A DNA stretch of 63,075 nt, the filler included, from Rhabdomonas costata (lineage: Eukaryota), in the NCBI GenBank assembly GCA_019059605.1. It is 50 parts of 50 records of this genome, joined end to end, with 100 filler letters (N's around TTAATTAATTAA, not from the genome) between each part and the next. Parts side by side here need not be neighbours in the genome. Positions count along the whole stretch, not along the records: positions 59,387 to 60,549 come from JAHMHO010025535.1; positions 60,650 to 61,812 come from JAHMHO010025536.1; positions 61,913 to 63,075 come from JAHMHO010025537.1; 47 more parts are not named here. One strand, 5' to 3'. This document shows, piece by piece, positions 59,951 to 63,075 of the stretch. The notes beneath the pieces are model-generated. The model did not search any database. It was not told where the DNA came from and saw only the letters and a program-made list of their open reading frames with translations. The number at the start of each line of letters is the position of its first letter. The stretch's first letter is position 1. The translations under genes were made by a program, and so were the position numbers.

Positions 59951-60374
59951 TGGCTTGAGCGCGTTTGCTAAGTACGTGCCGCGGGACGTGGTGATGATGA
60001 TGCTGAGTGGCGCGATGGGCCGCTCGTGTGCGATGGCGTGGCAGACGGTGACCATGATGTTCACGGACATCGCGGGTATGCCGCTGCTGACTTCTCTCCG
60101 ACGAAAGGAGGAAAGCCCCTTGTACCACAAAAAAATCCTGCCGCCCTACTTCGGCTTTGCCCTCAACATAAGGCATCCTTTCCGCTTGTCCTGCATGGTG
60201 GGTCAGAACCTGCTGCGTATGGGCATTTGGTGGTTTGCTTTGCCCGCTTTTATGTCGACAGGGTTTACGGGGATATGTGAGACCACCCCTGCGGAGACCC
60301 TGGTGGATATCATGGCCGCATACTTCCACGCCATGTGCGAGGATATCGCCTCCACTGGGGGCGTGCTGGACAAG
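59951..60374 (+). CDS. Class III adenylate cyclase, linker and start of the catalytic domain; exons 59951-60075 and 60262-60374
   Basis: GLSAFAKYVPRDVV...VTMMFTDIA|GFTGICETTPAETLVDIMAAYFHAMCEDIASTGGVLDK; in-frame phase-1 GT-AG intron; donor directly after LDK. Confidence 0.95.
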
Positions 60375-62707
60375 GTGCGGCGGTCATGCTCCCTGGATGT
60401 GCCACCGATTGGACTGTGGGATTTGCGCGCGCGATGTGGTTGGGCAAAAACATATTGCCCCCTAACTGTACACCTAACTGTATGCGCCTGATGAGGGTCC
60501 GGATCCTCCATCCCTCAAGCGTTCTTCATCTCCTATTGTCTCCCCTGCTNNNNNNNNNNNNNNNNNNNNNNNNNNNNNNNNNNNNNNNNNNNNTTAATTA
60601 ATTAANNNNNNNNNNNNNNNNNNNNNNNNNNNNNNNNNNNNNNNNNNNNGGTTCCAAGGAAGTGATAAAAATACACAACTTCCCAAAAGCACCATCGAAA
60701 TAAAGTGGGAACGTGAAAATGCATACCGGTTCATCACGAAAGCGCGAAGATAATCTTCGACTCTTTCGGCGCATCCCAATTACCACCAAGTCGGCTTCTC
60801 CACTTCGCATATCGTCTTGATGTCGGAGGGTGGGGAAGCCAAAATTGATCACACATGCTATTTCATGCGCCAAATTTGACTATTTCCCCCAATTCTCTGT
60901 ATTTGGGGAATTTGCTTTTACCTAATTTGGGCTGATTTTGAGCATTTTATGGTTGCTAGATCGAATTTGACACTTTTGGGGGGCCCAATGGGGCATAGTG
61001 CAAGAAGAAACTTCGGGGGAGGACTAAGCCTTATGGTCAAAAAGATTCGGAAAAGTTCGGAATTTTTTGCCATATCTTTTTAGCTGTGGATAGGACTCTT
61101 CACAAAAAATGGCAATGAGGCACCCAACGCCGCACGGGACGAGAGATAGTGGTAGCTCCCATACACTTTTGCCCCGAAAACTTGCCCAGAACACCCAGCG
61201 TGAATACGCAAACAGCAAATGCAAAATAGCAAAAGTAATGGTAAGCTCTGCGAACGAACACGCCTCCCAGCACGAGCCGGAAAACAAAATTTTTGCCGTA
61301 CGAGTCCACGGCAAACTCCTCGGGTTAGAAGTCCGCAATGGCCGAACCTGCAGCCATCAGGGTGGTAGCAATCCGGCAGGGCCTGGCGGGAGTCGGACGG
61401 AAGCGTCCCCATCAGCTGCGCAAACGGGGGGAACGGCCGCCCCACAGGTCCTATATCCAGCGTCTAAAAAAGAAAGAAAAAGAGGGAAGATTTAATCAAA
61501 CCCTAATGGCATGTCAACACGTAAAATCAAAGCCCAAGGCGTAAGAGTAATTCCAACAGCATATTGCCTACGTGCACACTTCCAAGGGTTAGTGTGAAGG
61601 GGATGAGGGGGGAGTCCACCACACCTCAGCGCTAGCGTTCCAAGCACCCAGCAGCAGGTCAGAAGCGAGCGGGGAATTATGAAACGGGGAGTAGCAGGTG
61701 CACAACGGGCAGCCTTTGTAGTAATGCCTGATGAAAGCGAATCCCCACACACAAGAACCCAAAAGACGGATGCACGGCTTACGTTTACAGTTCACAGGTC
61801 AGGAATGCAAAGNNNNNNNNNNNNNNNNNNNNNNNNNNNNNNNNNNNNNNNNNNNNTTAATTAATTAANNNNNNNNNNNNNNNNNNNNNNNNNNNNNNNN
61901 NNNNNNNNNNNNTGTGGGGGGTTGGTGAAGGGAGGAGGAGGAGGTCCGGCGGCCCTTCATGGCCAGCGCCGCCGCCGCCACGGCCGCCGCGGAAGAGGAG
62001 CCACACGAGGAGTTCAGAGAGGAGCAGAAGGAGGAGCTCCCCAGGGAGCCCAAAGGGCCCAGGCCAGAAGGGGAGCCCGCGGGCTGTGACAATACAGATG
62101 CAGACAACCACAAAGGGAGGGACAAACATACGCTAAACGCACATGGCTTGTCAGATCCACGGCAAGGCTCTCAGGCGGCATGGGAAAAACGCAGGAACGC
62201 ACGAACGAAAAGGAAGAAGCGGCGGGGTGGGCAAGTCCTCACAGGTCCCCCCCCCTTTCCAACAGGCTGAATAGTGGAGTATTTCATGCATGGATGTGGT
62301 TTCCAAGGCAGCGGGCTTGAATGGTCGCGTTGTAAAGGCAGGAAGTGAGTTCAGGTGAGACAGAGGACGTTTTGACTCACAACCAAAGCCCCTGATTGAC
62401 GGAAAGAACCGTCCGATGCCCTTGGCGAGTAAATTTTCATTCTGAAAGAGCCGCACAAAATGCCAACGAGATTCTAATCTTCCTCAGCAGCTGGGCACTC
62501 AACCCTGGGTAAACCCTCCGAAACCGAAAGACAACGTTTAGGCGTAACCCTCTATCCGTGATGGGATTTTCCGAGCAAAGTTAGGGTTTGTTTCGATCTC
62601 TCGTCCGGTAGGATCACCAGAGCGGTCATTACCACGATATCGCCCAATTCCTTAACACAATAGATATGGTTGGGTTGATGGGTCCGGCGCCCAGAGGGCC
62701 ACCAGAC

Positions 62708-62882
62708 CTGGACTGCCACAGTGCCCGCTCGGAAAAAGTAGGACGGATCCGTCTCCCGTGAGCCGATCGTCACCAGGTCGTCGGTGCGGAGGGGGTGTGG
62801 GACCCCGGGCGGGATGCGCTGCAAGTTGACCAGCACCCCGTTGGGGCTGTGGTAGTCCGTGATGGTCCATCCAGAGGGAGTG
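62708..62882 (-). CDS. FHA-domain exon (C-terminal half of the domain)
   Basis: GWTITDYHSPNGVLVNLQRIPPGVPHPLRTDDLVTIGS fits FHA W.I.D..S.NG..VN..RI......L...D.I.IG; AG and GT boundaries present. Confidence 0.88.
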
Positions 62883-63075
62883 CTGAGGAGAGGCGGACAT
62901 ATCCTGAGATCCTGCCCTCGCCCCCCGCCCCAAGGCAAGTTGTAAAAGTTCGTATCGATCGCTATATATGGTGATGATGCCGATTTCGGAAGAACGACGC
63001 GAAAGCATTTTGGAACTTGGGCCGCGGAGCTCCGCTGCGCTCCGCGGCCCAAGACATCCAGGACACACCTCCCAC

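Noticed and set aside
5058-62882. Euglenid non-conventional (non GT-AG, structured) introns
   Set aside because: Every intron I could anchor by protein homology had GT-AG (or one likely GC-AG) ends; none could be demonstrated without transcripts.
1-63075. Regularly spaced TTAATTAATTAA motif as a biological repeat or CRISPR-like array, and any multi-gene system spanning spacers
   Set aside because: The motif always sits between two 44-N runs, so it is a concatenation linker; adjacent contigs are unrelated.

Overview
This window is not one locus. It is 50 unrelated short contigs (almost all ~1,160-1,167 bp, as in a length-sorted slice of a fragmented assembly) joined by an artificial 100-nt spacer (44 N + TTAATTAATTAA + 44 N), so gene neighbourhoods across spacers mean nothing. 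The DNA is from an intron-rich unicellular eukaryote: GC-rich exons, GT-AG introns of ~90-700 nt, A34 tRNAs and TTAGGG-type repeats. A euglenid or related euglenozoan is my inference from the many class III cyclases and candidate trans-splice acceptors; it is not proven. Splicing exons by hand gave fragments of a type II PI4-kinase, an L-2-hydroxyglutarate dehydrogenase-like oxidoreductase, an RNI-like LRR protein, a MAP kinase, an SR-like RRM protein, an ABCB transporter, ARID, ankyrin, RIIAD1, FHA, glycosyltransferase and calmodulin-like proteins, four class III nucleotide cyclases, and an intron-containing proteobacterial-type citrate synthase. Non-coding content includes a tight five-tRNA cluster with divergent pairs, a MITE-like element, decayed Merlin-like and CRE-like transposons, and telomere-derived satellite. 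The best candidates for something new are (i) a terminally redundant 1,134-bp unit (circle or collapsed tandem array) with an internal 2 x 291-bp duplication, (ii) the tRNA cluster, whose Gln/Val pair is only 26 bp apart across a palindromic spacer, and (iii) the intronised bacterial-type GltA. Many contig-end palindromes, G/T and C/A tails and one Illumina adapter are library artefacts. All protein calls rest on motif recognition from memory; no searches were run.
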